Source of the DNA: an uncultured Flavobacteriales bacterium
GTDB lineage: Bacteria; Bacteroidota; Bacteroidia; Flavobacteriales_D; Sanyastnellaceae
Assembly: GCA_965657495.1 (NCBI GenBank)
Contig: CBFHPD010000027.1
Span: 9,888-73,887 of the forward strand
Direction: 5' to 3'
DNA length: 64,000 bases
Shown: positions 29,587 to 39,618 of the stretch, piece after piece
Layout of the letters: each line of letters begins with the position of its first letter
Position numbering within the stretch: position 1 is the stretch's first letter
Position numbers and translations under genes: made by a program
The notes under the pieces: generated by a model
The model's input: only the letters and a program-made list of their open reading frames with translations
Database searches by the model: none
Told to the model about the DNA's origin: nothing

Positions 29587-30990
29587 TTAGACGTGGAGGG
29601 CCCGGTCGCCCGTGGCCGCGAGGGCGGCTTCTTTCATGGCTTCGGTGAACGTCGGGTGCGCGTGCGACATCCGGCTGATGTCCTCCGCGGTGGCCCGGAA
29701 TTCCATGGCGACGACGGCTTCAGCAATCATGTCCGCGGCCCGCGGCCCGATCATGTGCACGCCAAGGATTTCGTCGGTTTCGGCATGGGCCAGCACTTTC
29801 ACGAAGCCATCGGTGTCCATCGAAGCGCGCGCCCGTCCGCTCGCTTTGAACGGGAAGGAACCGGCGCGGTAGGGGATGCTGTCGGCTTTGAGCTGCTCTT
29901 CGGTTTGGCCCACACCCGCGACTTCCGGCCACGTGTACACGACGCCCGGAATCAGGTTGTAATCGATGTGCGGCTGTTCGCCGGCGATGAATTCCGCTGC
30001 AGCGGTGCCCTCCTCCTCGGCCTTGTGGGCCAACATCGCCCCGCGCACCACGTCGCCGATGGCGTAGATGTGGGAAACGGCCGTGCGCAAATGCGCGTCC
30101 ACCGGAATCCGGCCGCGCTCGTCCGCCGCAAGGCCCGCGGCTTCGAGGTTCAGCCCATCGGTGTACGGGCGGCGCCCCACTGCCACGAGGCAGTAATCCA
30201 CCGTCCATTCCACGTCCTTGCCTTTCTTGTCAGCCGCTACGACGGTGACTGAATCGCCGTTGTTGGTCACAGATTTCACGCCGTGCTGCAAGTGGAACTT
30301 GACGCCGAGCTTTTTCATGGAACGCATCAGGTCCTTGCCCAACGCCCGGTCCATCGTGGGGATGATGGTGTCGAGGTATTCCACCACGTGCACCTCCGTT
30401 CCCAACCGCGCATACACGCTGCCGAGCTCCAACCCGATGACCCCGCCACCGATGACTAGCATGGATTGCGGCCGATCCGCGAGGGACAGGGCCTCCGTCG
30501 AAGTGATGATGCGGTCCTTGTCCGGCTGGGCAAACGGCAACGCCGACGGCTTCGATCCGGTGGCGATGATGATGTGGTCGGCGCTGACGTCCACCGCCTC
30601 GCCCTCCGCCGGCGTCACCCGCACGGTGTGCGGATCGACAAAGCTGCCAAACCCTTCCAGCCGGGTGATATCGTTCTTCTTCATCAGGAAGTCGATGCCG
30701 GCGGTGGTCTGTTCCACCACGGCCGCCTTCCGGGCAATCATTTGGGGGAAATCGAGTGCGAGCCCTTCGACCCCGATGCCGTGCTCAGCGAACTGGTGAA
30801 CGGCTTGGTGGTAGTGCTCGGAGCTGTCGAGCAGGGCCTTCGACGGGATGCAGCCCACGTTGAGGCAAGTGCCCCCGAGGGTGCTGTACTTTTCAACGAG
30901 GGCGGTCTTTTTGCCCAACTGCGCTGCGCGGATGGCAGCGACGTATCCGCCCGGCCCACCGCCGACGACCAAAACATCGAATCGTTCCAT
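29587..30990 (-). CDS. lpdA: Dihydrolipoyl dehydrogenase (E3)
   Basis: VVGGGPGGYVAAIRAAQLG, redox disulfide GGTCLNVGCIPSK, and C-terminal HAHPTFTEA. Confidence 0.92.
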   Translation of the reverse strand: MERFDVLVVGGGPGGYVAAIRAAQLGKKTALVEKYSTLGGTCLNVGCIPSKALLDSSEHYHQAVHQFAEHGIGVEGLALDFPQMIARKAAVVEQTTAGIDFLMKKNDITRLEGFGSFVDPHTVRVTPAEGEAVDVSADHIIIATGSKPSALPFAQPDKDRIITSTEALSLADRPQSMLVIGGGVIGLELGSVYARLGTEVHVVEYLDTIIPTMDRALGKDLMRSMKKLGVKFHLQHGVKSVTNNGDSVTVVAADKKGKDVEWTVDYCLVAVGRRPYTDGLNLEAAGLAADERGRIPVDAHLRTAVSHIYAIGDVVRGAMLAHKAEEEGTAAAEFIAGEQPHIDYNLIPGVVYTWPEVAGVGQTEEQLKADSIPYRAGSFPFKASGRARASMDTDGFVKVLAHAETDEILGVHMIGPRAADMIAEAVVAMEFRATAEDISRMSHAHPTFTEAMKEAALAATGDRALHV

Positions 30991-31100
30991 GCCACAAAGT
31001 TACGGCGGGGAGTTCGAGTGGGGAATCGCTTTCATTCCGTTTCTTTGCCAATTCTAACCGGTGTGTACGCCTTCCGTGCGTGCACCTGACTCATCTGCCC

Positions 31101-33635
31101 ATGTGGAACCGCATCGCCTCTTTCGTCCTTCGCCGCCGCAACCTGCTGTTGCTGGTGCTGCTGGCGGTGACGGCGTTTTTTGGGCTGCGGATTCCCGATG
31201 TGCGGTTGCAATACACCTTTGGGGGGCTGTTGCCGGCCACGGATTCGACGGCCTTGGAGTACGCCCACTTCCTCGAACACTTCGGGGCGGAGGGCAATGT
31301 GCTGCTCATCGGGACCGACAACGAGGTGCTGACGGAGCCGGCCAAGTTGCAAGCATGGTATGAGTTGACGGAAGCGGTGCGCGTTTTGCCCGTGCGGGTG
31401 GACACGACGGACAACGGGGTGAAGGATCCGGTGGCTTTGCCGATGATCGACAGCGTGTTCTCGGTGACGCATGCCTACACGTTGGACAAGGACACGGCGC
31501 AGCGCCGGTTTGTGGTGTGTCCGCTGGTGGCGCCGGGCCGGATGCAGGTGGGGGGGGAGGTGGACCAAACCTTCACCGACAGCCTCCGCGCGGCCGTCCT
31601 GAACTTGCCATTCTACGAGGGATTCCTGTACACCGAAGCGGCGGACGCGACCTTGATGATGGTGTTCCTCGACGCGGAGTTGTTCAACTCGGAGAAGCGC
31701 GGCAAGGTGGTGGAGGACATCACGGCGCTCGCTGACGCGTGGAGTGCGGAGCACGGCCAGCCGCTGTACCTCAGTGGGTTGCCGTTCATTCGGACCGAGA
31801 TGACGAACAAGGTGAAGGGCGAGATCGGCTACTTCATCGGGGCGGCGCTGCTGGTGACGGCCCTGCTCCTGTTTTTGTTCTTCCGCAACCCGACCGTCAT
31901 GGGGGTCAGCCTCGTGGTGGTGGCCACGGGGGTGGTGTGGTCGTTGGGTACGATGGCGGTTTTGGACTACCCCATCACGCTGCTGATGAGCCTCATTCCG
32001 CCGCTGATGATCGTGATCGGCGTGCCCAATTGCATCTACCTAGTTAATAAGTACCACGCGGAATTCAAGCGCCACGGGAACAAGATGATGGCGCTGCAGC
32101 GGATGATTGTGAAGGTCGGCAACGCGACGCTCCTGACGAATTTCACGACGGCCCTCGGCTTTGCGACGTTCATTTTTACGCACTCCGATGTGCTGCGGAA
32201 CTTCGGGGTGGTGGCCTCGATCAACATCCTCGCGGTGTTCGTGATCAGCATCATCGTCATCCCGTCGCTCATGCTGTGGCTGCCGGCGCCGAAGCCGAAG
32301 CACACGCGGCATTTGGACCGCCGGTGGATGTTCGTGTGGGTAAATCACCTGGTGAACATCGTGCAGGGGCACCGGTCGAAGGTGTACCTCGGCGCGCTGG
32401 GGGTGCTCGTGTTCAGTGTCGCGGGGATGGTCCAAATGCAGACCACGGGCAACATCGTCGACGACCTGCCCGACACCGACCGGGTCATCACAGACCTCAA
32501 GTGGATGGAAGACCGGTTCCATGGGGCGATGCCGTTCGAGGTGCTGGTCGACACGGGCAAGCCGGGCAAGGCGACCTCGCCGTCGATGCTCTCGAAGGTG
32601 GAGCGGTTGCAGGCCTTGCTCGCGGAGTACCCGGAGTTCAGCCGGTCGCTGAGTGCGGGCGACGCCATGAAGTTCGCCATGCAGGCCTTCTACAACGGCG
32701 ACCCGGCGCGGTACCGCTTGCCGAACCGGCGGGAGCGCTCGTTCATCGGGCCGTACCTGCGGGGCACAGAACAAGCGGCGGCGGAGTCGGACGAGGCGGC
32801 AGGAGTGGCGGCGAACTTCATGGACACGGCGAAGGCGGTGACCCGGATTTCGGCCCAAATGGCGGACATCGGCACCATCGAGATGCGCGACCTGCTCAAC
32901 GACCTCAAGCCGCGCATCGATTCGATTTTCCCCGCGGAGGACTACCGCCTTACCCTGACCGGAACGAGCGTCGTCTTCCTTGAGGGGACGAGTTACATGG
33001 TGAAGAACCTCGGCATCTCCATTGCGCTGGCCATTTGCGTCATCGCGGGCATGATGGCCCTGCTGTTTCGGTCGGCGCGGATGGTGCTGATTGCGCTCGT
33101 TCCAAACCTCTTTCCGCTGCTGTTCACGGCGGGCGTGATGGGGTGGGCGGGCATTCCGATCAAGCCTTCGACGATTTTGGTCTTCAGCGTGGCCTTCGGC
33201 ATCTCGGTGGATGATACGATCCACTTTTTGGCCAAATACCGGCAGGAGCTCAACCTCAAATCCTGGAACATAGGGCAGGCGGTCATCCTCGCCCTGAAGG
33301 AAACGGGTGTGAGCATGATGTACACGTCCATCGTGCTGTTCTTCGGCTTCCTCATGTTTGCCATGAGCGGCTTCGACGGCACCCGCTCGCTCGGCTTGCT
33401 CGTCTCGATCACCCTCGGCGTGGCCATGTTCACGAACCTGCTGCTGCTGCCGTCGTTGTTGCTCGCCTTTGAAAAGGTGCTGACGACCCAGTCGTTCCGC
33501 GAGCCGTTCTTCTCGCTGCTCGACGAAGAGGAGGACATCGAGCTCGAGGAATTGGCGGTGCGGCAGGGGCTGGCGCCGGGCAAGGGCGATGAGCGGCACG
33601 AGGAGCTCGTGCGCCAACGGAAGGACCGGGATTGA
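31101..33635 (+). CDS. MMPL/RND-superfamily exporter (12 TM, two SSD-like halves)
   Basis: MWNRIASFVLRRRNLLLLVLLAV, two blocks of 5-6 TM helices each preceded by a large loop, and GVPNCIYLVNKY / GISVDDTIHFLAKY motifs. A GTG at 31080 is an alternative start. Confidence 0.75.
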   Translation: MWNRIASFVLRRRNLLLLVLLAVTAFFGLRIPDVRLQYTFGGLLPATDSTALEYAHFLEHFGAEGNVLLIGTDNEVLTEPAKLQAWYELTEAVRVLPVRVDTTDNGVKDPVALPMIDSVFSVTHAYTLDKDTAQRRFVVCPLVAPGRMQVGGEVDQTFTDSLRAAVLNLPFYEGFLYTEAADATLMMVFLDAELFNSEKRGKVVEDITALADAWSAEHGQPLYLSGLPFIRTEMTNKVKGEIGYFIGAALLVTALLLFLFFRNPTVMGVSLVVVATGVVWSLGTMAVLDYPITLLMSLIPPLMIVIGVPNCIYLVNKYHAEFKRHGNKMMALQRMIVKVGNATLLTNFTTALGFATFIFTHSDVLRNFGVVASINILAVFVISIIVIPSLMLWLPAPKPKHTRHLDRRWMFVWVNHLVNIVQGHRSKVYLGALGVLVFSVAGMVQMQTTGNIVDDLPDTDRVITDLKWMEDRFHGAMPFEVLVDTGKPGKATSPSMLSKVERLQALLAEYPEFSRSLSAGDAMKFAMQAFYNGDPARYRLPNRRERSFIGPYLRGTEQAAAESDEAAGVAANFMDTAKAVTRISAQMADIGTIEMRDLLNDLKPRIDSIFPAEDYRLTLTGTSVVFLEGTSYMVKNLGISIALAICVIAGMMALLFRSARMVLIALVPNLFPLLFTAGVMGWAGIPIKPSTILVFSVAFGISVDDTIHFLAKYRQELNLKSWNIGQAVILALKETGVSMMYTSIVLFFGFLMFAMSGFDGTRSLGLLVSITLGVAMFTNLLLLPSLLLAFEKVLTTQSFREPFFSLLDEEEDIELEELAVRQGLAPGKGDERHEELVRQRKDRD

Positions 33636-33672
33636 TTTCGGATTCTGCCGGATGCGCCCGTAATTTGGCCAC

Positions 33673-34542
33673 ATGAAAGGCATCATCCTCGCCGGGGGCT
33701 CCGGCACGCGGCTTTGGCCCTTGACGAAGGCGGTGAGCAAGCAGCTCATGCCGATTTACGACAAGCCGATGATCTACTACCCGCTTTCCACCCTCATGCT
33801 GAGCGGGATCCGGGAGATTTTGATCATCTCGACCCCCGAGGATTTGCCCGGTTTCAGGCGCTTGCTTGGCGATGGTGCGGCCCTCGGGCTGTCGCTCGAG
33901 TACGCTGAACAACCAGAACCCAACGGACTCGCCCAGGCCTTCGTCATCGGGGAGTCCTTCATCGGCAACGACAAGGTGGCCCTCGTCCTCGGGGACAACA
34001 TCTTCTACGGCAAAAGCTTCGGCCGCCAATTGCGGGCGAACACCGACCCGGATGGCGCCATTGTTTATGCCTACTACGTGACCGATCCGGAGCGCTACGG
34101 CGTGGTGGAATTTGATCCCGAAGACCGGGTGTTGAGCATCGAGGAAAAGCCCGCGCAACCGAAGTCAAATTTCGCGGTGCCTGGGCTGTATTTCTACGAC
34201 AACGATGTGGTGGAGATCGCCAAAGGACTCCAGCCGAGCGCCCGGGGCGAGTACGAGATCACAGACGTCAACAAAGCGTACTTGGAGGCGGGCATGTTGT
34301 TCGTATCCAAGTTGGATCGCGGCATGGCCTGGCTCGACACAGGGACGCACGAGTCCTTGCTCCAAGCGTCGCAATACGTCCAAACCATCGAGGCGCGCCA
34401 AGGCTTGAAAATTGGGTGCATCGAAGAAATCGCTTGGCGCATGGGTTACATCGATGATGCCACTGCCGCTGCCCTCGCTGAGCCGTTGCGCAAGTCGGGG
34501 TATGGCGATTACGTATTGGACCAAATCCGCCGCGGGCGCTGA
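33673..34542 (+). CDS. rfbA: Glucose-1-phosphate thymidylyltransferase
   Basis: [36 protein letters not shown]...LGDNIFYG...EITD. Confidence 0.92.
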   Translation: MKGIILAGGSGTRLWPLTKAVSKQLMPIYDKPMIYYPLSTLMLSGIREILIISTPEDLPGFRRLLGDGAALGLSLEYAEQPEPNGLAQAFVIGESFIGNDKVALVLGDNIFYGKSFGRQLRANTDPDGAIVYAYYVTDPERYGVVEFDPEDRVLSIEEKPAQPKSNFAVPGLYFYDNDVVEIAKGLQPSARGEYEITDVNKAYLEAGMLFVSKLDRGMAWLDTGTHESLLQASQYVQTIEARQGLKIGCIEEIAWRMGYIDDATAAALAEPLRKSGYGDYVLDQIRRGR

Positions 34543-34544
34543 AC

Positions 34545-35513
34545 ATGAACCATCCTTTGTTACACCGCCTGAAAGGAACGGCTGATGCCGGCATCGAGGC
34601 CTTCCTCGACCGCTGGCCCGCCGACGAGGCGGACGGGCTATACGCCCCCATCCATTACCTCATGGCGCTCGGGGGCAAGCGGCTGCGGCCCGTGCTCGGA
34701 TTGGCCGCTGCGGAAGCCGAAGGCGCCGGTGCCGATGCGGCCATGCCGGCAGCCCTCGCCGTGGAGCTCTTCCACAACTTCACGCTGATGCACGATGACA
34801 TCATGGACGCGGCCCCCTTGCGGCGCGGCCAAGCCACGGTGCACGCGAAATGGGACGAAAACACCGCCATCCTGAGCGGAGATGCCATGTACACGCTGGC
34901 CCACGTGGCGCTGAGCGAGTTGGCACCCGATGCACTCGTGCGGGTGCTGCCGCTCTTCAATGCCACCGCCTTGGAGGTGTGCATCGGCCAACAGAGCGAC
35001 ATGGCCTTTGAGCAGCGCGGGGACGTGAACGTGGCCGAGTACCTCGAGATGATCCGGTTGAAGACGTCCGTGCTGTTGGCGGCATCGCTGGCCATGGGTG
35101 CTGCGGTAGCGGGGGCCTCGGAGCGGCGGGTGAGCGCGTGGTACCGGGCGGGCGAGCAGCTGGGGTTGGCGTTCCAAATGCAGGACGACCTCCTCGACGC
35201 ATTCGGTGACGCGGCAACCGGCAAGCAAGTCGGCGGGGACATTTTGGCGGACAAGAAGACGTTTTTGCGGCTGCACACCGATGCGGTGAGCGATGCGGTG
35301 CGGCGGTGGGATGGGCCTGCGTCCGACCCGGTAGCGAAGGTGGCGGCCGTGCAGGAAGCGATGCGGTCGGCCGGGGCAGAGGAGGCCGCTCGGGAGCGGA
35401 TGGCACTTTACGTGGAGGCGGCGCGCCGGGAATTGGAGGCGCTGGCGTTGGCTCCGGAGTGGCACGCGGCGTTCGATTCCATCGCCGATCACATCGTGAC
35501 CCGGAACGCATGA
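34545..35513 (+). CDS. Polyprenyl (geranylgeranyl/farnesyl) diphosphate synthase
   Basis: First and second Asp-rich motifs LMHDDIMD and FQMQDDLLD. Confidence 0.85.
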   Translation: MNHPLLHRLKGTADAGIEAFLDRWPADEADGLYAPIHYLMALGGKRLRPVLGLAAAEAEGAGADAAMPAALAVELFHNFTLMHDDIMDAAPLRRGQATVHAKWDENTAILSGDAMYTLAHVALSELAPDALVRVLPLFNATALEVCIGQQSDMAFEQRGDVNVAEYLEMIRLKTSVLLAASLAMGAAVAGASERRVSAWYRAGEQLGLAFQMQDDLLDAFGDAATGKQVGGDILADKKTFLRLHTDAVSDAVRRWDGPASDPVAKVAAVQEAMRSAGAEEAARERMALYVEAARRELEALALAPEWHAAFDSIADHIVTRNA

Positions 35514-35851
35514 ACGGGTTGTTGGCAGGCCGGGACCTTCCGGCGGGAGTGACCACGGAAGCGTTCGTTCACCGGGTGGTTGAGCAGTTGGCCAAGGATT
35601 TCGACCTCGATGAGGACCGCATCCGGAACGCGAAAATCGGGGTGGGGCCGTTGTTGAAGGACGTGATTTCGGCGGGGTTGGAGGGCGATCCGGGGCCAGT
35701 GTTTGCCGCGTTTTACCGCTTGGATTTGGGGGAGGAGCGCGTGCGGCGTGTGTTGCACGACCACGACCGCGAGGAGGCGGCAGGCCAGCTGGCGGAGTTG
35801 GCCCTGCAGCGGGCAGCGTTGAAAGTTTGGACGCGCTTGAGTTACCGGTGA
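35510..35851 (+). CDS. Hypothetical 113-aa protein, translationally coupled to the polyprenyl synthase
   Basis: The ATG at 35510 overlaps the upstream TGA as ATGA. I recognise no family. Confidence 0.45.
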   Translation: MNGLLAGRDLPAGVTTEAFVHRVVEQLAKDFDLDEDRIRNAKIGVGPLLKDVISAGLEGDPGPVFAAFYRLDLGEERVRRVLHDHDREEAAGQLAELALQRAALKVWTRLSYR

Positions 35852-35889
35852 AACGGGGTTTGGTCTAACTTCCGGCCCAAATCTCACGC

Positions 35890-36480
35890 ATGCGCAGCAA
35901 TTACGACCTCCTTTCTGCGAGCCGGTCCCCCCTCAGCGGGCAATGGCTCCCTGCCATCGGCGCCTTTCTCGTGGTGGGCATCCTCTCGAGCATCGGCAGC
36001 ACCTTTTCCGCCGGCGTTTTGCCGCTCATCCTCGCCGGTCCCTTCGGCTTGGGGCAATCGAAGTTTTACCTGGCCATTGCGCGGGGGGAACAACCTCCGT
36101 TCGAGGAGATCTTCAGCGGGTTTCACCAATTCGTGCGGGCCATGGCCATCGGGTTGCTCGTGGCGTTGGCCGTGGGCATCGGGATGGTCCTGTTGGTCAT
36201 TCCGGGCATCATTGCGGGCGTGGGCCTGAGCATGGCGTATTACGTAGCGCTGGACCGCCCGGATTTGGAGGCGCCTGAGGTGCTGAAGGCGAGCTGGGAG
36301 CTGGTGTGGAAGGGTGGCCACTTTTGGAAGGTCTTTGGTTTTGGCTTGCTCGCGTTTTTGTTGACCCTGTTGGGGTTGCTCTGCTTGGGGGTGGGTGTGC
36401 TCTTCACCACGCCGATGATTTTGGTGGGCCAAGCCATGCTGTACGACGAGCTGCGGAGTTCCTCGGCCGTCAACTTCTGA
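35890..36480 (+). CDS. DUF975-family integral membrane protein
   Basis: LSGQWLPAIGAFLV.., GPFGLGQSKFYLAIARGEQPPFEEIFSGF, and 4-5 TM helices in the pattern typical of DUF975. Confidence 0.6.
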   Translation: MRSNYDLLSASRSPLSGQWLPAIGAFLVVGILSSIGSTFSAGVLPLILAGPFGLGQSKFYLAIARGEQPPFEEIFSGFHQFVRAMAIGLLVALAVGIGMVLLVIPGIIAGVGLSMAYYVALDRPDLEAPEVLKASWELVWKGGHFWKVFGFGLLAFLLTLLGLLCLGVGVLFTTPMILVGQAMLYDELRSSSAVNF

Positions 36481-37578
36481 TCAACCGCGACGGAGCCATT
36501 CGGCGAACAGCGGATCGGCGAGTTGCCACGCGCCGTCGGATGTGCGCATGACATGGTTGTGGTGTGCGAGTCCTTTGAGTGCGGAGTTCACGCTGCTCGC
36601 CGCCGGCAGGTTGTGTGCTTGGAGGAAGGCCATGGCCGTGGGTTGCGGGACCCCGTTGGGGTGTTGCGCGATGGCCTTGAGCAACGCGGCTTGCGCGGTG
36701 GGAAGCTGATTCAAGATTTGGCCCATGTAGCCTTGATGACTGGCCAAAACGGCTTCCTGTACCTCCCGGGCGTCCGCCACCGTAGGCGGGCCCTTCCGGT
36801 CGTACAACCGGTTGCACTGCGACTGGATCCAATGCGTCGTCCCTCGCGCCCAATCGTATACCGCGTCCACCACCTCATCCGCGGCGTGGCGGCCATCCGC
36901 GGCGAAATGCCGCTGAATGAAGTCCCCGTACTCCTCCCTCGGGACGGGGAGCAGTTCCATGATTTCGCAGGATTGGTAAAACGGGCGGTTGTGCTCGCTG
37001 AACATCGCGCGCATCATGCTGCCGTGGCTGCCTGAAAAGGCAAACCGCACCTCCGGGAACGCCTGCATCCATTCCCGAAAAATGGCTTCGGCGTGGTCCC
37101 CATCGAATCGCGTAATCTGCTGGAATTCATCGAGGCACAGGATGAACCCGGGCTCGAGGCGGGCCAAATACGCACCGATGCGCTCGAGGGCGGGGGCCGC
37201 CGCCGCTTCCCGTCCCAAGCGGAGCGATGCGCTCGGCATCCCCGTCACGGGGTCCACGGTCATGCGCACCTCGAATTGTGCGAGCAGCCGCTGCCACAGC
37301 CCGGGATTGCGCGGGGTCAAGACGCCCTCCCGTTCGACCAGTGCCCGGGCGATTTTTTCGACGGCCTCGTGGAGGGATTGGCAGGAGAGCAGATCCACCA
37401 GCATCCCCGGTCGGCCGTCGAGCAACCGCCGCAGCAGGGCGGTCTTGCCCATGCGCCGTTCGCCGTACAGGACGATGTTGCGGCCGTTGTCAGCGTGGTT
37501 CACCAACGCCGCGAGTTCGTGCATGCGGTCGCAGAAGAGGTCGGGGCCGCGGTAACCTTGGAGGATGAACGGGTTCAT
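36481..37578 (-). CDS. AAA-type ATPase (ATPase_2 / archaeal-ATPase-like) with a C-terminal winged-helix-like domain
   Basis: ATG at 37578. FCDRMHEL..., Walker A LYGERRMGKTAL, and Walker B FILCLDEFQ. Its stop abuts the DUF975 stop (36480/36481). Confidence 0.7.
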   Translation of the reverse strand: MNPFILQGYRGPDLFCDRMHELAALVNHADNGRNIVLYGERRMGKTALLRRLLDGRPGMLVDLLSCQSLHEAVEKIARALVEREGVLTPRNPGLWQRLLAQFEVRMTVDPVTGMPSASLRLGREAAAAPALERIGAYLARLEPGFILCLDEFQQITRFDGDHAEAIFREWMQAFPEVRFAFSGSHGSMMRAMFSEHNRPFYQSCEIMELLPVPREEYGDFIQRHFAADGRHAADEVVDAVYDWARGTTHWIQSQCNRLYDRKGPPTVADAREVQEAVLASHQGYMGQILNQLPTAQAALLKAIAQHPNGVPQPTAMAFLQAHNLPAASSVNSALKGLAHHNHVMRTSDGAWQLADPLFAEWLRRG

Positions 37579-37600
37579 GCGGCAAGGATACGAACTATTT

Positions 37601-37633
37601 GTTACGAAAGTTTCGTAACGATGTTTTCGTGAC
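37601..37633. promoter_or_regulatory. Perfect 9-bp inverted repeat plus a third half-site in the divergent intergenic region. Candidate operator.
   Basis: GTTACGAAA-G-TTTCGTAAC at 37601-37619, then TTTCGTGAC at 37625-37633. It lies in an AT-rich spacer between the ATPase start (37578) and the DUF2130 start (37701). Confidence 0.35.
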
Positions 37634-37700
37634 GCGAATTTCAATTTGTTTGTGATGCGCCGCAATGGGCGCGCACATATTTTTGAAAAAAAACCAAGCC

Positions 37701-38975
37701 ATGAGTGAAGTTACTTGCCCCCATTGCCAACATTCCTTTGCATTGAGTGATGCGGGGTACGCCGACATCCTGCGCCAAGTGCGCGACCACCGGTTTGCGG
37801 AAGAGTTGAAGGAGCGCCTCGCTGTGGCCGATCGCGAGAAGCGCAGTGCGGTGGAACTTGCGGAGGCCAATTTGCGGCAGTCGATGCGTGAGGAAGTGCT
37901 GCAGAAGGACCAGGAATTAGCCACCTTGAAGGCCCAAAACCAAGCCATGCTAGCCGAGCAACTCGCCCAAAAAGACAAGGAGCTAGCGGCGGTGGCGGCG
38001 AAATTGCAAGAAGCGGAAATGGCCCGCAAACTGCAGGTTGCAGAGGCCGTTCAGGCCGTTGAACGGGAGCGCGACCAGCTCAAGCACCAGCTCCAGTCGA
38101 AGGACACCGAGGCGGAGTTGATCGAAAAGCGGTTGCAGCACGAACTCGCGGTGCAACTCGCGGCCAAGGACGAGATCATCAAATCCCGCGAGGAAGAATT
38201 GGTGCGCCAACGGGATTTGAAGCAAAAGCTCTCCACAAAAATGCTCGGCGAAACCCTCGAGCAGCATTGCCAAATCGAGTTCGAAAAATTGCGATCCACC
38301 GCCTTCAAGAGCGCGGTGTTTGAGAAGGACAACGATGCCCGAACCGGCAGCAAGGGGGATTTTATCTTCAAAGAAAGCGACGCAAATGGAAACGAAATCG
38401 TCTCCATCATGTTCGAGATGAAAAACGAGGCGGATGAGACGAAAACGAAGAAGCGCAACGAGGACTTCTTCAAGGAACTGGACAAGGACCGGACGGAAAA
38501 AGGGTGCGAGTACGCGGTGTTGGTCTCCCTGTTGGAGTCGGACAACGAACTTTACAACCAAGGCATTGTGGACGTGTCCCACCGCTATCCGAAAATGTAC
38601 GTGGTGCGGCCCCAATTCTTCATCCCCATCATCACCCTGCTGCGGAATGCGGCCATGAATTCGATGGAGTACAAGGCGGAACTCGCCCGGGTGCGCAACC
38701 AAAATGTGGACATCACCAACTTCGAGGCGAAGATGCTCGAGTTCAAAGAAGGGTTCGGCCGGAATTACCGCATCGCCAGCGAGCATTTTGAACGGGCGGT
38801 CGGCGAGATCGACAAGACCATCGACCACCTCGAGAAAACAAAAAAAGCGCTGCTCGCTTCAGCAAACCAGCTGCGGCTCGCCAACGACAAGGCGGACGAA
38901 TTGAGCATCAAGCGACTGACCCACGGCAACCCCACCATGCAGGCCAAGTTCGACGAGCTCAAGGGCGGGGAGTGA
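37701..38975 (+). CDS. DUF2130-type protein: N-terminal CxxC knuckle, long coiled coil, PD-(D/E)xK-like core
   Basis: [13 protein letters not shown], about 170 aa of E/K/Q/L coiled coil, then GSKGDFIF...[11 protein letters not shown] (D...ExK arrangement). Confidence 0.7.
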   Translation: MSEVTCPHCQHSFALSDAGYADILRQVRDHRFAEELKERLAVADREKRSAVELAEANLRQSMREEVLQKDQELATLKAQNQAMLAEQLAQKDKELAAVAAKLQEAEMARKLQVAEAVQAVERERDQLKHQLQSKDTEAELIEKRLQHELAVQLAAKDEIIKSREEELVRQRDLKQKLSTKMLGETLEQHCQIEFEKLRSTAFKSAVFEKDNDARTGSKGDFIFKESDANGNEIVSIMFEMKNEADETKTKKRNEDFFKELDKDRTEKGCEYAVLVSLLESDNELYNQGIVDVSHRYPKMYVVRPQFFIPIITLLRNAAMNSMEYKAELARVRNQNVDITNFEAKMLEFKEGFGRNYRIASEHFERAVGEIDKTIDHLEKTKKALLASANQLRLANDKADELSIKRLTHGNPTMQAKFDELKGGE

Positions 38976-38977
38976 CC

Positions 38978-39478
38978 TCATTCGAGGTAGTCGAGCGGGT
39001 TCAGGTAAAACATCTTCTTCCACCCTTGCCTGTCGCTGTCGATGCGCCAGGGGTAGGGGATGAGCGTGACGATGGAATAGTGCAAATGGGGCGGTCGCCC
39101 AGCGGCGTTTCCGCTGTCGCCCAAGGTACCGATGGGGGTGTCAGGGCCCGCAAACGAGAACGGGGTGGCCTGGATTTCATCGAGGTGCGCGTAGTAGTGC
39201 AAGCGCCACTTGGGCCCGAGCGCCAAGACCACGTTTCCACCGATGGCGTTCTCGCCGGCGAACAGCACGAGCGAAGGGGTGGCTGGCCGGATGGGGGTGC
39301 CGATTTTGCCAAACACGTCCACCCCTTTGTGCGTGACCGAACGGCCCCATGGGTAGGCCCAGAAGGTTTTGGGGTTGATGTCGTTTTTGCGCCCCCCTTC
39401 CACGGGGTTTTGAAAAGGTTGTGGCAGGAGCAGCCCCAACAAGAGGACGGCGAGCAAGGCCCACAGGATGCGTTTCAT
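38978..39478 (-). CDS. M23-family (LytM-type) metallopeptidase
   Basis: ATG at 39478. Signal peptide MKRILWALLAVLLLGLLL. HKGVDVFG...GDSGNAAGRPPHLHYSI shows the HxxxD and HxH pattern. Confidence 0.75.
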   Translation of the reverse strand: MKRILWALLAVLLLGLLLPQPFQNPVEGGRKNDINPKTFWAYPWGRSVTHKGVDVFGKIGTPIRPATPSLVLFAGENAIGGNVVLALGPKWRLHYYAHLDEIQATPFSFAGPDTPIGTLGDSGNAAGRPPHLHYSIVTLIPYPWRIDSDRQGWKKMFYLNPLDYLE

Positions 39479-39618
39479 CGGGTTCAAGGTGTTTGGAACA
39501 ATAGCACAACGCGCGCCGTGGACCTTTTCGCGTGCGGCACAACAGGAAGGTGGCAATTCGCATGGCCGCCCCGAATGCCGTTCGTATCTTTGCACGTCAA
39601 ACCCTTCTCCCCGTCCAC

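Noticed and set aside
28183-30252. 689-aa plus-strand ORF spanning pabB and lpd, and similar long ORFs (47096..48685, 46057..46896, 22287..23543, 51541..53130, 52856..55183, 12792..13385 and others)
   Set aside because: All of them lie antisense to, or out of frame with, genes that carry unmistakable family motifs. Their products are low-complexity Arg/Pro/Gly/His-rich strings, as expected from stop-codon depletion in high-GC DNA.
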